A stretch of DNA of 64,000 nt from NCBI RefSeq assembly GCF_006345805.1, contig NC_043003.1, positions 101,928,001 through 101,992,000 of the forward strand, read 5' to 3'. The notes beneath the pieces were generated by a model. That model worked only from the letters and a program-made list of their open reading frames with translations, had not been told where the DNA came from and made no database searches. Source of the DNA: Octopus sinensis (Eukaryota). Below are positions 13,061-25,914 of this stretch, piece after piece. The stretch's first letter is position 1. The number at the start of each line of letters is the position of its first letter. The position numbers and the translations under genes are program-made.

Positions 13061-14244
13061 GAATATATTAATAAAAGGAATTCCAACCTTGTCTGATTTT
13101 CACGTTTTAGAAAATGGCATACAGCGGGCTATAAAAATACCCATACAACAACTTAGGACAACCCAAGGAAGAGGAAAACAAGAACAAGTCATACCATTCA
13201 TAGTGACACACAACCCATGTCACCAGAATATCTTCAACATTGCCAAAGCAAACCTACCAATCATTGCCCAAAGTAATGAATTAAAAGACATAATCACGGA
13301 TCGAGCTATGGTGCTTAGTAAAAGACAGCCTAAAAACTTGAAAACATTACTAACAAAGGCAAAATTTGACCTTAGCAACAAAGACCAAACATTTACTGTA
13401 TGTAAATGCAATGATAGCCGATGTGGCACATTCCAATTCATACATACCGGCCAATATATAAACACAAAAACCGGGAAAATATTCACAAACGCGAATATGA
13501 ACTGCAAAAGCAGAAATTTAATTTACTGCATCAAATGCCCAAATTGTGAAGAAATATATGTAGGTCAGACGGGAAACACACTATCAGAACACTCACGTGT
13601 ACACTGGCAACAGATTAGAGACCCAGAGGTCCGTCAGATACCTTTGAGTAACCACCTAGCAACATGTGGCCGGAAAATGTATATAATATTTCCGTTCTAC
13701 AAATTACACAGCCCAAGTGAAATCGAGAGGAAAATCAGAGAAAAGAATTTTATTGATAAATTCGAACCCAAGCTAAATAAGCAATAATAATAATACTTAG
13801 AGGTATTACTTCTACTGCTACGACCATGACCACTAACAATAACAACAATACTAAAGGTGATCAAGATGAAGATAGCAGGAAAATTATCTTATTTAGGGTT
13901 AAAAGTTCTATTGCCACCACCATCACCACTAGCAACAATAATTAAGGTGCTGACAATGATGATGATGACAATTGAAATATAAAAATATAAAAATCTCTGA
14001 CAAAAGCTATTTACAACATTTCTAAAAATAACCCAACAATTGCTGCTTTGGCCAGGGTCAAGATACAGGACTCTTGACATGTCCAACAAAGCATGACACC
14101 TAAACCAATCAGCATGAACATTTAACATTCTGCTATTTTATTTTATTTTATTTTATTCTATTATAATATATTATCTTATAATATATCATTATAAGATTGT
14201 AAATAAAACGTGAAAATCAGACACGGTTGGAATTCCTTTTATTA

Positions 14245-14250
<6 letters not shown>
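13061..14250 (+). mobile_element. 5'-truncated Penelope-like element with inverted terminus
   Basis: Contains a GIY-YIG ORF. 13068-13108 is the reverse complement of 14204-14244. The 3' end merges into (AT)n. Same family as 63566-64000. Confidence 0.85.
13089..13787 (+). CDS. PLE C-terminal thumb/linker plus GIY-YIG endonuclease (no RT; ORF start lies in the inverted piece)
   Basis: [13 protein letters not shown]-x4-C...N, then [31 protein letters not shown]...IPLSNHL...[17 protein letters not shown]. Confidence 0.85.
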   Translation: MSDFHVLENGIQRAIKIPIQQLRTTQGRGKQEQVIPFIVTHNPCHQNIFNIAKANLPIIAQSNELKDIITDRAMVLSKRQPKNLKTLLTKAKFDLSNKDQTFTVCKCNDSRCGTFQFIHTGQYINTKTGKIFTNANMNCKSRNLIYCIKCPNCEEIYVGQTGNTLSEHSRVHWQQIRDPEVRQIPLSNHLATCGRKMYIIFPFYKLHSPSEIERKIREKNFIDKFEPKLNKQ

Positions 14251-14311
<61 letters not shown>

Positions 14312-14729
14312 AGATAGATAGATAGATAAAGATAAATATGGCCGGTTTATGGGGTTTTCCTGAGTTTCACATCCATAATGTGCATAGCTTTACAACATTT
14401 CTTCAGGTCCTAAATATGTTTGCTAATGGCCTCTCTAGAAAAGGGAGGAGGGATACACACACACACACACACATATATAAATACATATACATTTAGATAT
14501 ATAAGAAAGCAAAATACAAATGGTTGTTTATGTTTGATTACAGCATCTTTCATATATATATGGTTGTCAGATAAAATCATTTCTTTCTTACCAATATTAT
14601 TCAAATTAACACAAAAGCATTTTTACTACAGTGTTTTTACTTTTCAAAGAAAAGTAAAAACACTGTAGCTCTATTTTTCCTCTACAACTTTCGTTTATTA
14701 TTTTTTAAATGTGAATAAATCTTACCACT

Positions 14730-15060
14730 TTTCAGGCATATCATGACAAAGAGTCAAGCGGAAAAAACCCCAGCATTTTCAACTCCTGCTTCTCTTCATT
14801 TTCAATCAAATTTCCAAAGCTGTCAAAGCCACTTGAGACCTTTGTGCTGCGTACAGAAAAGGTATTGCTACTGAAAGAAATGGTTTTCATGCTTCAAGAT
14901 GAAAACTTTAACTTCACAGACTCTCTGCATTCTGACTGACCTGTTTTGTTCAATGAGGACTAATTGAACCAACTCATCCATGAGGATCTGCACCAGTCTG
15001 CTAGAGAATATATATTTCTGTCATCAAACTATTGACAATTTGTGCAATGTTGGCAAGAAA
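14730..15060 (+). mobile_element. Mariner N-terminal relic
   Basis: Degenerate HF.LLLF.FNQ..KA.KA....CA.Y...IA.ER..WF..F.DENF... and L.QLIHED..QS.RE. Confidence 0.55.
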
Positions 15061-15091
15061 TCATGAGAAATAGAGAACACATTATTAACTA

Positions 15092-15234
15092 TTGTGTCTG
15101 GGGAGAGTCATTTTGTTTTTGTGTCTTATTACGAAAATTTTCGGACAAAAAAAATAAGAAAAAAAGTGGAAATTTTACCGGTGAATGTGTTAAATAATAA
15201 GGCACAAAAAGAAAATGACTCTCCCCAGACACAA
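15092..15234. repeat. 40-bp inverted repeat with 63-nt spacer; the right arm continues into a repeat shared with 31.7 kb
   Basis: 15092-15131 versus 15195-15234 shows 2 mismatches. The downstream TCTTGCAAACCAAATCC matches TCTTGCAAACCGAATCC at 31677. Confidence 0.85.
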
Positions 15235-15408
15235 CAGAATATGCTTCAACACACGAACTCATATAAAGAATCTTGCAAACCAAATCCCAAAACGAAACAT
15301 TATTGACTGATTTGCTAAAATTGTTGATAAAAAATAAGGATTAAAATTATTTGAAAAATGAATTTATCTGACAACCTTAAATTTATATATTTATAGGGGT
15401 GCATGTGT

Positions 15409-15462
<54 letters not shown>

Positions 15463-15485
15463 ATGTGTGTACGTACATATATATA

Positions 15486-15712
15486 TATTTCTTTACTGTC
15501 CACAAGGGGCTAAACATAGAGGGGACAAACAAGGACAGACAAAGGGATTGAGTGGATTACATTGACCCCAGTGGGAAACTGGTACTTTATTTATCAACCC
15601 CGAAAGGATGAAAGGCAAAGTCGACCTCGGTGGAATTTGAACTCAGAACGTAACGACAGATGAAATACCGCATTTCGGCCGGCAGGCAAACGTTTCTGCC
15701 AGTTCGCCACCT
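15486..15712 (-). mobile_element. tRNA-derived SINE family B
   Basis: Reverse complement of the family seen at 25131-25362. Confidence 0.85.
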
Positions 15713-15894
15713 TTATATATATATATGTACACATGCACATACATGCACTAACACATATACATACACACTCACTCACACATGTATGTATGTCTGTGTAGGT
15801 GCATGTGTGTGCAGGTATATGCATTAAATAAAGCTGAAGGCAGTCTTAAGAATATATGTTTATTCTCATTTAAATACACCTAAACAATAGTTTT

Positions 15895-16280
15895 TTATCT
15901 TTTCTCTTGTTTCAATCATTGGACAGTGGCCATGCTGAGGCACTGCCTTGAATTTTTTAGTCAAATAAATCGACCCCAGTACTTATTTTTAAGCCTGGTA
16001 CTTATTCTATCGGTCTCTTTCGCCAAAAACTAAGTTACAGGGGTGTAAACACGACCACACCTGTTATCAGGTGGTGATGGGAGGAAAAACACAGACACAC
16101 CCACGCATATATATATATAACAGGCTTCTTTCAGTTTCTGTCTACCAAATCCAGTCACAAGGCTTTGGTTGGTCCAAAGCTATAATAGAAAACACTTGCC
16201 CAAGGTGCTGCACAATGGGGCTGAACCCTGAACCCTGAACCATATGGTTAGGAAGCCACACAGCCACTCCTGTGCCTATT
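15895..16280 (-). mobile_element. SINE family A copy
   Basis: Shares head, CORE-like block and 3' block with other family A copies. Confidence 0.8.
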
Positions 16281-16539
16281 AATAATTTCTAAACAATGCT
16301 GGACTGAGTTTATACAAAAATAGCTTCCTAGACATTGGTTCTAAGGATTGTCAAATGTTATTTTTGAATTAGACAAGCAGAGATGGTTGAATGGTTCTTT
16401 CATAGCTTTTATTTTTACACATTTATCTTTTCTTATTGTTTGTTTGTTTCTATTTTACGTTTTTTTTTTTTTTAGTATTTTTATTTTCAGCTTTCTGTGT
16501 CCTTTTTTACATTACCACAAATAGTCATACATATATATA

Positions 16540-16860
16540 ACTGGCACTCCATCGGTTATGAGGACAAGGGTTCCAGTTGATCTGATCAATGGAACAACCT
16601 GCTCCTGATATTAACATGCAAGTGGCTGAGCACTTCACAGACACGTGTACCCTTAACGTAGTTCTCGGGGAGATTCAGCATGACACAGAGTGTGACAAGG
16701 CCGGCCCTTTGAAATACAGGTAATACTCCTTTTTGCCAGCTGAGTGGACTGGAGCAACGTGAATTAAAAGTGTCTTGCTCAAGGACACAAGCCACTGCCA
16801 GGTATCAGCCTCATGACCTTTCAATCACAAACCAGGTACCCTAACTACTAAGCCATGCAC
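16540..16860 (-). mobile_element. tRNA-derived SINE family C
   Basis: Head GCATGGCTTAGTAGTTAGGG... with central GTGTCCTTGAGCAAGACACTTT...CCAGTCCACTCAGCTGG. A partial copy lies near 43050-43160. Confidence 0.7.
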
Positions 16861-18789
16861 CTTCACTACATACATATACACATACTACACATACATACAC
16901 ATGTACATACATACGTACATACATAAGTACATCCTTACATACATACATCCATCCATACATACATATGTACATACGTATGTACATATGTATGTATGTATGT
17001 TTATACCTATATATATGTACACATATGTATATGTGTACATACATATACATGTATGTAAACATATACATATATTTCAGTAAATGCTTAAGGAAGCTGAGTT
17101 TTTCAGAAAAAGAATCTACCAGCTAATATGCTCATTAAAAATATAATTTATAAGCTGAAGAGTAAATGCAAGACCTTTCTCAAGTTCAAAATGGGACATT
17201 GTTTTTTAGTGTCTGCATTTCAATGATAGCATTGTAACTTTGTTTGAAACCAGTTTCAGGAAACAACCAGTCGTCTGATAAAATTCCTGTGCTTTTATTA
17301 AGCTCAACTTTGTAGAGTTAGATTAAATATTATTTGGACCAACTCTACATTAAGGAGTAGAATGTACAATATTTGAATTCAGATCACTTCACGATCCCAG
17401 CAGCCAAAATGAAATAAAAAAGCACCATCTAATTATCAACCAATCAGGAGAATGCACAAACTAGAAAGACTTTGTATTCAATAGGAAAGAGGATAGATAG
17501 CGGAATGTGAATACAAAGTCCTTCCCTGATAAGAAGAGCCAAACAGACTTTGAGACACAGTCTGGAGAAGTAAAGAAAGAAACTGAAAGGGTACTTGGCT
17601 GGGCATATGCTCAAGAAAATGCATGTGAAAGCATGTGATGAGAAAGAAGAGGAGGAGTTAAAGACTTACAAGCATAGAGAACAAATGAGGTTTTCAACAA
17701 GATAATCTGCTTATGACAGTAGGTAGAATAAAGTTCTAGCCAAGCAGAACCAAGAATATTCCAGGAGAGAATGCCATAAAAGCTAAACAACACAACAGGA
17801 AAAACTAGAAGAAAATGAGCAAACAAGAACAATACAAGGTAGCTAAATGGAAAGCTAGACATCAGGTGTAACTCAGAGGAAAGCTGAAAGTAAGAGCTTT
17901 GCCTGATGTCCTACAATTAGAGGATTAAAGGTGCAACATATTCTGGGTTGCAAAGAAATGTGTCAGGGTGAATTAAGAAAGCATTGGCAAAAGTGTGTGC
18001 AGAATTTATAGTAGCTTACACTCATTGATGCTGAGGAAAAAAGGGGCCTAGAAATGTTATTATAGGTGGTTGTTGAATGACAGGAATGCATAAGAGAGAG
18101 ACACAGAGAATGGGTCTACACCAAGTTGACCCAGACCCCCAGGGGCACCTGCTGAGATTTTGAAAATATTTGGCATATGAGGACATGTGTTTGTCATGAG
18201 CTAGCCACACACACACACACATGCATGCATGCATGTACACACACATGCACAGACAGACACGCACACAAACTAGCACAGACACACACACAATCATGCACAG
18301 ACACACACACATGCACACACTGACATGCATGTACACTCACACGTACATATGCATACACATTGGAACACACATACACACACGCACACTTACACAGGCACAC
18401 ACATACACACATGTGTAACATTTGCATAAAACCAATGATTCACTCCAAGTTAGTGTAGAATTATTCTGGCTGTTCCAGAGAGAACGAGGCAAAAATATGA
18501 TGCATAGAGATGATCCTGGGTATTGTACCCTGTATCTTGAGGAGGAGTTGAGATAGACTGGAGGTCCTCAAACAAGACATCTTCCTTTTAGATAACATCA
18601 ACAAATACACATTATATCAGATTATATAGAGAAAATGATATATCTGCCCCTCACAATATGAGTGGCCACAGTGAAATGTAAGGCATCCCAGATCATAGCA
18701 ACATGTTATATGCTACCTAGCACATCTGGGATTCTAACTGTCTGCACTATACAATTGATATAACCATTATCAAAAAAAAATATTATAAC

Positions 18790-19180
18790 TGTCTGGCTCC
18801 AGAATTGGTCATCAAAACTAAACTGACAAACGTCTTCATCAGAACAATGCTGCAGCAAATGGCTTCAGTGTGTCTTGTGTGTGACTGTGGCTTTGAACTG
18901 GTTGGTCACCCTCCCTATTCTCCTGATTTGGCTCCATCGGACAATCATCTGTTCTCCAACATGAAAAAATAGTATCACAGTAATGATGATGTCATATCTA
19001 CTATTGATGAATTTTTTCACTCACAGGATGAAAGCATCTTCACCAGGGAAATCCAAGCACTGCAACACTGATGGAAGATGTGAATGATGAGGGATTATGT
19101 TGAAAAGTAAATCTCATTTGGTCACATTCCATGAGAGTATCTTTGCCAGTCTATGAACTTTTCAGTTGATCCTCTTAACC
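18790..19180 (+). mobile_element. Mariner 3' relic
   Basis: DCGFELVGHPPYSPDLAPSDNHLFSNMKK, followed by a TIR-like end. Confidence 0.75.
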
Positions 19181-20029
19181 AATTTGAACCATCTCACTCA
19201 GATTCCCCAGGGTCTAAAGAGTTGAAACAAACCCAGTTTAGGATCACAGCCTAATTATATTGCTATAACATTGGTTTGACCAATCAAATCATCTGGTGTA
19301 TAACCAAATAAGCAGTAGACTTGAAAGAAATCATCATCATCATCATCATCATCATTTAACGTCCGTTTTCCATGCTAGCATGGGTTGGACGGTTCCACCG
19401 GGGTCTGGGAGGCCCGGACGCTGCACGAATTTTCCTGCTGTAGTCCTGCTGAAGGTTCTAGAAGCTTAACTGTTATAAAATGTTGGGATTTTGCACTCCC
19501 GGACGAAATAACTTTAGGGGCTGCTGTGTTGGTCGTTTTTGTGATAAAGTGTTCTCTCATTCTATTTATTCTTTCTTTAATAACCATGAAAGATCTCCAT
19601 ATAAATAACTGAAATATCTTGTTGCAATGAAGATTCTTAACTATCACATTTGCGATCTCCTGTATGGTGTTTTATTCAAATGATTGTTAACTATGATTTA
19701 ACAATAAAAACCATTAAATTGCTAATAACAACATGCCTATTAGCTAAAAATTAATTACCACACCCTCCCAATGAATACAGTCTCTACCTACAAAAACTGG
19801 TCACCTCCTACAAGTGCTTGAAATGAAAGGAAATAACCACCCTTTGATCACAGAAGCAACTTTTCTATAAACTAACAGACAACAGCACAACATTGGTTCC
19901 GTGTAGCTTCTATACATCCTAAGATTTGGTTGTTTCAGTAAATAACTATTGATTATCCTATCCTGAATAAGTTTTCATTATCTTTCCAATGGTGTGCTCA
20001 TAAGTTCATAATTATTGTTTTCCTAAATC

Positions 20030-20270
20030 CAAATAGCATCCTGTGATGCACTCCACCCCAGGCTTGCACCACACAAATCACAGCCACTTTGCTACTTTCA
20101 CATCTAATCTGATGGCCTTCTACCTACTGGCCCCTGTGATGCCAAGTATGCTGTAAGCCCCGTAGAAGGACGGGCCTGCAAATCCTTTGCATGCCACCTC
20201 AATAAGATCACATCTTGCTTGCCCCCTGTTGCATTAGCAGAACCCTACTAGATCAGTATACTTCCTCCCC
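20030..20270 (-). mobile_element. Hero/NeSL-like restriction-like endonuclease 3' relic
   Basis: Minus-strand remnants KY.DLV...LIEVACKGFAGPS..RAYSILGI resemble the KY..L/IEVGCRGF RLE terminus. Confidence 0.5.
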
Positions 20271-20379
20271 TTGCTTTTGTTAGTTTCCTCAATATGACCC
20301 TCCTAGGGAACAGGGGACTGGAATATTGGAAATATTAGAAATATTAGAAAACTTATCACAATGATTCTAGCCAGAAATA

Positions 20380-21627
20380 TTAGGTGGTTTCACATGAAGT
20401 GTCACATTTTTAATTACTTGTTATTTCAGTCATTTAAAAACTCAATTATGTATGCCTTGCATTTAACCTTTACTCTTTTTCTTTCCCAACAATATTGGTA
20501 TGCAAAATTCGTACCCACAGACCTTATGAAAATGATAACAACCAAACTCTGTTGAGTGATTTTCTCGTAGGAGTACAAACTGGGTCACTCTGCTGCAGAA
20601 GCTCTACAGAATATCAAGCAGGCCTTTGGCAATGGTTTTGTTGACATCAGAACTGTTCAGAGATGGTTCCAAAGCTCTCATTCAGGAAATGATAGCTTTG
20701 AAAATAAACCAAGGGGTAGGCCAAAATCAGTTATTCGGCATGATGGATTAAATGTTTTGGTTGAACAAAATCCGAGAACAAAGGTTAGAAAACTTTCATC
20801 AGAACTCCAAACATCATGCACAACTGTTCTTGGACACCTGTAAAAAATTGGAAAAGTCAAGAAAACAGATAAGTTTGTTCCACATCAACTGAACAAGATT
20901 AAAAAAACACAGACACCTTGAAGTGTGCTCCTTATTGCTTTCTTGACTGGAAAAAGACCAATTTTGCAAACAAATCATTACTTGTGATGAGAAATGGATA
21001 CTCTTTGACAACAGCAGGAGAACAGGGCATTGATTAGATGCAGGAGAGTCACTTAAACACTGCCTAAACCCACCATTGCACCCTAAAAAGTTAGTGGCCA
21101 CTGTATGGTGATCTGTGAAGGGAGTTATTCATTATTCATTTTTGCAACAAGGAAAAACAGTAACAGCAACATCGTATTGCCAGGAAATTGATTGTATGCA
21201 TGAATATTTGAAAAAGAAGCAACTCAGACTAGTAAATAGAAATGGCCCAATTTTTCTGCATGACATTGCACATCCCCACATTCCTCTAGCTACGGTCCAA
21301 AAGTTGCAAAGCCTGAATCATGAGATTTTGCAACATCCTCCCTATTCCCCTGATATCTCTCCTACTGAATATCACTTATTTAAGCATTTTGAGCTTTTCA
21401 TAAGCAATAAAACATTCTTAGAGAAGAGGTAATTGAAGCATTCAGACGGGTTTATCACAGCAAAAGATGGATTTTTAAAAAAATAGAATATATGACATGG
21501 GGAAATGTTGGGTAAACATCATAAATGAGTATGGATCATACTTTGATTAAAAAAGTCAGTTCGCTAACACTTCTGAAATGCTTTATTGTTATCTTTCAAA
21601 TACAACATTTCATGTGAAACAACTTAA
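20380..21627 (+). mobile_element. Full-length defective mariner (1248 bp), TA TSD
   Basis: TIRs TTAGGTGGTTTCACATGAAGTGT and ACATTTCATGTGAAACAACTTAA, with TA on both sides. Motifs RTVQRWF, GRP, FVPHQL, ITCDEKWI, HDIAHPH and HPPYSPDISPTEYHLF are present with stops and frameshifts. Confidence 0.92.
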
Positions 21628-21914
21628 TATAAATTTTAAATTAGAGAAACGTTGCAAAGTACAAACCTAACAATAATGTGTTACTGGTATTTGGGGTTAA
21701 AATGGTAAAACAACATATTATGTAACATACCATAAGCCTATATGCAAAGGTGGGCACTGTTAATCAAAAAGTTAACTTCCTTAATCATTAATCCAATCAA
21801 CCAAAACATTAATTTTGTTGATCATTAATCCGTTAATTCTTTGAAAATACAGAAGTTAACATTAATCCGTTAATGTTAATTTTTGTTGAAAAATGGCATA
21901 ACTACAGTTTAATA

Positions 21915-22480
21915 CCCTAGTGACTTTTTTGCCTCATAACTTCCAGAAAAAAGGATACTTTTAAACAAAACTTTCACCAAATAATTGCTTATATCCTATA
22001 GATTGAGTGTATGTAAAGATTTGTGGGAAAAATTTTCTGAGGGATTAGGGAGAGGAGTTTCGGAAAATTCACAGGACCTGACGTTTTCCCCTTCATAACT
22101 TTCTGGAAAATAGGTATTTTTAATGAAATTTTATACAAATGCCTTTCAAACGGTGTAGATTATGATTACAAAGAAATTTGCAAAAGTTTTGGAAGGGGGC
22201 AGGGGGGAGTTTCTGGAAAATGGAATTTCAGATCAGATGGCCCACATAAGTTGAAATTTCTCCATTTTGAAGGGGATTTTTTTTCTAATGCTTTTCACCA
22301 AAGTCTTCAGAATGAAGGGCGACATCTTTTCACGGAAAAAAAAGAAAAAAATTTTGAAAATTTTTCTTTACTCCCGCACCCCTTCACCACCCCAATCCGA
22401 AACAATTTTGGCCATTTTTTTGTTTCAGTATACACTTAAAACCTGTAAGAGAAACATTTTTGGTTTTAAAAAAAATTGTT
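21915..22480. repeat. Unclassified non-coding interspersed repeat (Helitron/MITE-like)
   Basis: Internal repeated CATAACTT..GGAAAA motifs and G-runs; no coding signal. Confidence 0.35.
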
Positions 22481-22499
22481 AATAAGCAATGATTTACAG

Positions 22500-24330
22500 G
22501 CAGTAAGCAATGTTGTAGTGCTCCTTCTAAAACTCACAAAGGGTTAGATTTGTATTTTCAGTGACTTCAAAGAATTGATGAAACAAGTGTTCACTGTACA
22601 ATTTCTTAAAATTAGAAATCACCTCTTAATCCATGGGCTGCAAGATAGGGTGGTGTTGCGTGAAAAGTACAGAACTTTTATGAATTTTAATTTGTCATGG
22701 ATATCTTCTTCGAAGTTAAGAGGGTGAGCAGTAGCATTGTCGGGGATGAAGAGGGCCATGAGAGGAAGATTGTTTTTCAGAAGGTATTTTTTCACTGCTG
22801 GTCCGAAGACAATGTCGACTCACTTGGTGAAGAATTGCCTGGTGACCCAGGCTTTAACGTTTGCCCTCCACATGACCTGCAGCTTCTTCTTCAGGATTTT
22901 GTGTGACAAAATTGTGAAGGTAACAGAAACATGTGTGTTAGTCAGAAAATATATACAGTTCACGGCTTGGACTTACTGTAACAAATTATAGCAGGTGCCA
23001 GCAAAGTTGGTAACATGAATGTTAATTTCCTTGTAGGCTGTGGCAATAGTTGCTGAACAAGTTGCCATGATAAAGTAGGAGAATGATGGTGGTCTGAAAT
23101 CTATTAAGCAGGAGTCATTGTAGCAATGGTGATAAGAAATCGGCTTAGGCAGACATCATTAGAATGACGGCAACTGCATGTGGTCTGTGCTTTAGTCAGA
23201 AGAGAGACTCATGCTCCTTGGTGTTCAAAATGGCGAGAGAGAGAGCTGAAAAGCCCCAGAAGATATAGGATTTGGCTGCCACGCCACTTGATGGCGTTTA
23301 CCCTTGAAGGGGTGTAATTCAGCTATCTTTGCTATGCTACAGGTATAAAGGGCAAGAGTTAGCCTATCTTTCAAAGGCTTGTGGCCTGGAATTTTCTTCT
23401 CAACAGTTATGTGGGTTCTTCTTGGCATCTTTTCCCAAGAAAGGCCCGTTTCATCACAGTTGAATACCTGTTGTGCAATGTACCCCTCGGCTGTGATGAG
23501 CTGATGGAATTCATGCATGAAATCCTCAGCTGCTTTCGTGTCAGAACTTGCTGCTTCTCCTTATCTGACGACACTATGAACACATGTCCTCTTCTCGAAA
23601 TTTTCAAACCAGCTGCAACTGGCCTTAAATGCATCTGCTGATATCTCTTCTGCTGATGTTCCAGGGTTCTGCTTCAGGAGATCCCTATACTGTACTTATG
23701 TGCTTTCTCACAGATGATGGTCTCTGTCATGGTATCCCTCGCGAGTTGCTTCTTGTTGATCCACTGGAGAAGCAATTTTTCCATCTCTTCGTGGACAGAT
23801 GTGCATTGCTTGGAAAGCCTGGAGACAACCTTTGGCTGTTGTAATGGCCTTGATCTCATCTTTTTTCTTCAGGATGGTGCAGATCACCGATGCTTCAGCC
23901 GTATTGATGTGCTATGTCCACTATACACACTCCTCTCTCATGTTTATCAACGATTTCCTTCTTCAGTTCTATTGCAATGAGCTTTTTCTTCTCAGTACTG
24001 CCCTTTGCACAAACCTTCTTAGGACCCATGGCTAATGCAACTAATTATTATAGAATAATAGCAAAAGAGCACAAAACGAAAACAAAAAACACTGGGGAAA
24101 AACACAATAGGGATGCTGCCACAACAAGATAAACACGTAAAATGAGCAAGCAGAGGCTGTGCTTGTTGAGAGAGTGTGTTGCAAGCTCAGTGCCGACTAG
24201 CAATCGCTTGTATGAAACTCACTCGTACTGTGGATTTCCACTCATACTTCATGACAAAAATTTGCATGATCCTTGGCTTGTTCAGCAAATTACTCATTCT
24301 ATGGTGCACTCATACTGTGAGGTTCTACTC

Positions 24331-24332
<2 letters not shown>
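22500..24332 (-). mobile_element. Tigger/pogo transposon relic with ~480-bp insertion at about 22870-23345
   Basis: CENP-B HTH (MEKLLLQWINKKQLARDTMTETIICEKA), VFNCDETGL.W.KMPRRT..KPLKDRLTL, then VMWRANVKAWVTRQFF..DNATAHP..LQPMD. TIR-like CAGAGTAGAACCTC at about 24332. Confidence 0.85.
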
Positions 24333-24367
<35 letters not shown>

Positions 24368-24369
<2 letters not shown>

Positions 24370-25020
24370 CATCATCATCATTTAACGCCTACCTTCCATG
24401 CTGGCATGGCTGGGACAGTTTGACAGGAGCTGGCCAAACAAAAGCCTACACCAGACTTCTGTGACTGTTTTGGCAGGATTTTTACAGCTGGATGCCCTTC
24501 CTAACACCAACCACCCAGCAGAGTGGACTTAGTGCTTTTTACATTGCACAAGCACAGGTGAGGTCAGTTTTGGCAAAGTTTTTACAGCTGGATACTCTTC
24601 CAAATGCCAAGCACTTTACAGTGTGGATTGGATGCTTTTTAAGTGGCACCTGCATTGACAGGGTCACCAAATAACTTGCAAGACTAAAATCTTTTGAGAG
24701 AGGAGAGAGCACTGGAGGAGGTGATCTAGTGTCAGATGATGAAAGGTTATAGTAAGACAGAGAGACAGAAACAGGTGTCTTGCTGTAGAGGAGGTATAAG
24801 GTTACCAGATGAGAGAGAGAGAGAGAGAGATCAAGAATGAAGACAGTAACAGGTATGCTGTCATAAAGGAGATACATGGTTACCCAACCTGAGGGAAGAG
24901 CAAGGGAAAGAGAGAGAGTGGGAGGCAGCAGGATAGAGATGGTGGCAAAGTGCCAAGCATACTCACAAGGGACTGGTATCAAAATATAAGTGGGATGGTT
25001 GACTAAACGAAGAGAGAAAT
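24368..25020 (-). mobile_element. Family D/RTE-tail element with internal duplicated GA-rich blocks
   Basis: (CAT)n tail at 24368 and a family D body. Two related GGTTACC-AG-rich blocks lie at about 24780-24900. Confidence 0.6.
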
Positions 25021-25130
25021 AAGGATGGTGGCAAATGCCAGGACATACCCTTCAGGTTTGAAGCTCATAATATAAGTGGCAGGATATTACCTAGAGATCT
25101 GTACAAATCAAATTTATATATATAAAAGAT

Positions 25131-25362
25131 GAGGCGGCAAGCTGGCAGACACGTTAGCGCACTGAGCGAAATGCTTAGTGGTATTTCGTCTGCCGTTACG
25201 TTCTGAGTTCAAATTCCGCCGAGGTCGACTTTGCCTTTCATCCTTTCGGGGTCGATAAATAAAGTACCAGTTTCGCACTGGGGTCAATGTAATCGACTTA
25301 ATCCCTTTGTCTGTCCTTGTTTGTCCCCTCTATGTTTAGCCCCTTCTGGGCAATAAAGAAAT
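25131..25362 (+). mobile_element. tRNA-derived SINE family B, well preserved
   Basis: A-box-like GCTGGCAGACACGTTAGC, B-box-like GAGTTCAAATTCC, central GTCGACTTTGCCTTTCATCCTTTCGGGGTCGATAAA..AGTACCAG and an A-rich end. Confidence 0.88.
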
Positions 25363-25403
25363 ATATATATATATAAAAGATGGAAGTGGAAATAGCACAA
25401 AAG

Positions 25404-25675
25404 TAAGTCTAAGACATTTCAATTTAAGGGAATTTAATAAAAATGAATTTAAAATTTATATAAATAAAATATTACTGGCTTCAATGAATCTCATTTTATC
25501 AAATATCAGTAAAAATTTATAAAATTTAGTAGATAAACTGTTTTTACTTCTAATTTTTATAAATTTTTACTGATATTTAATAAGATGAGAATCATTGAAA
25601 CTGGTAATATTTTCTTTATATAAATTTTAAATTCATTTTTATTAAATTCCCTTAAATTGAAATGTCTTAGACTTA
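25404..25675. repeat. Fold-back element/MITE, ~120-bp arms
   Basis: The arms differ at about 7 positions around a ~30-nt spacer and begin and end with TA. Confidence 0.8.
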
Positions 25676-25914
25676 TTTTGGATCTTTTCGCTTTGACCGG
25701 CAGATTTTTAAAATAATTTCTTTGTAACTAAACACTTTTAAACTTCGTATACTGGTAGAATGTGTTTATAAAACATCTTTTTCTCTTGGCTTTCTTGAGA
25801 AAATTCTGTAGTTTGTAAGATATTTGTTGTTTCATTTCTTGCCTTTCGGCAATTTCAACCAATCAATGACTTATTCCCCTGTGATTATCACATACACTCT
25901 TCTTCCGCTTGTTT

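Noticed and set aside
17480-18000. Purine-rich stretch resembling a non-LTR pre-RT region
   Set aside because: No diagnostic motif was recoverable by eye.
19375-19647. ORF next to a family D fragment as a gene or GIY-YIG piece
   Set aside because: No conserved motif could be identified.
25131-25220. tRNA genes at SINE heads
   Set aside because: Only A/B-box-like remnants attached to SINE bodies, with no complete cloverleaf.
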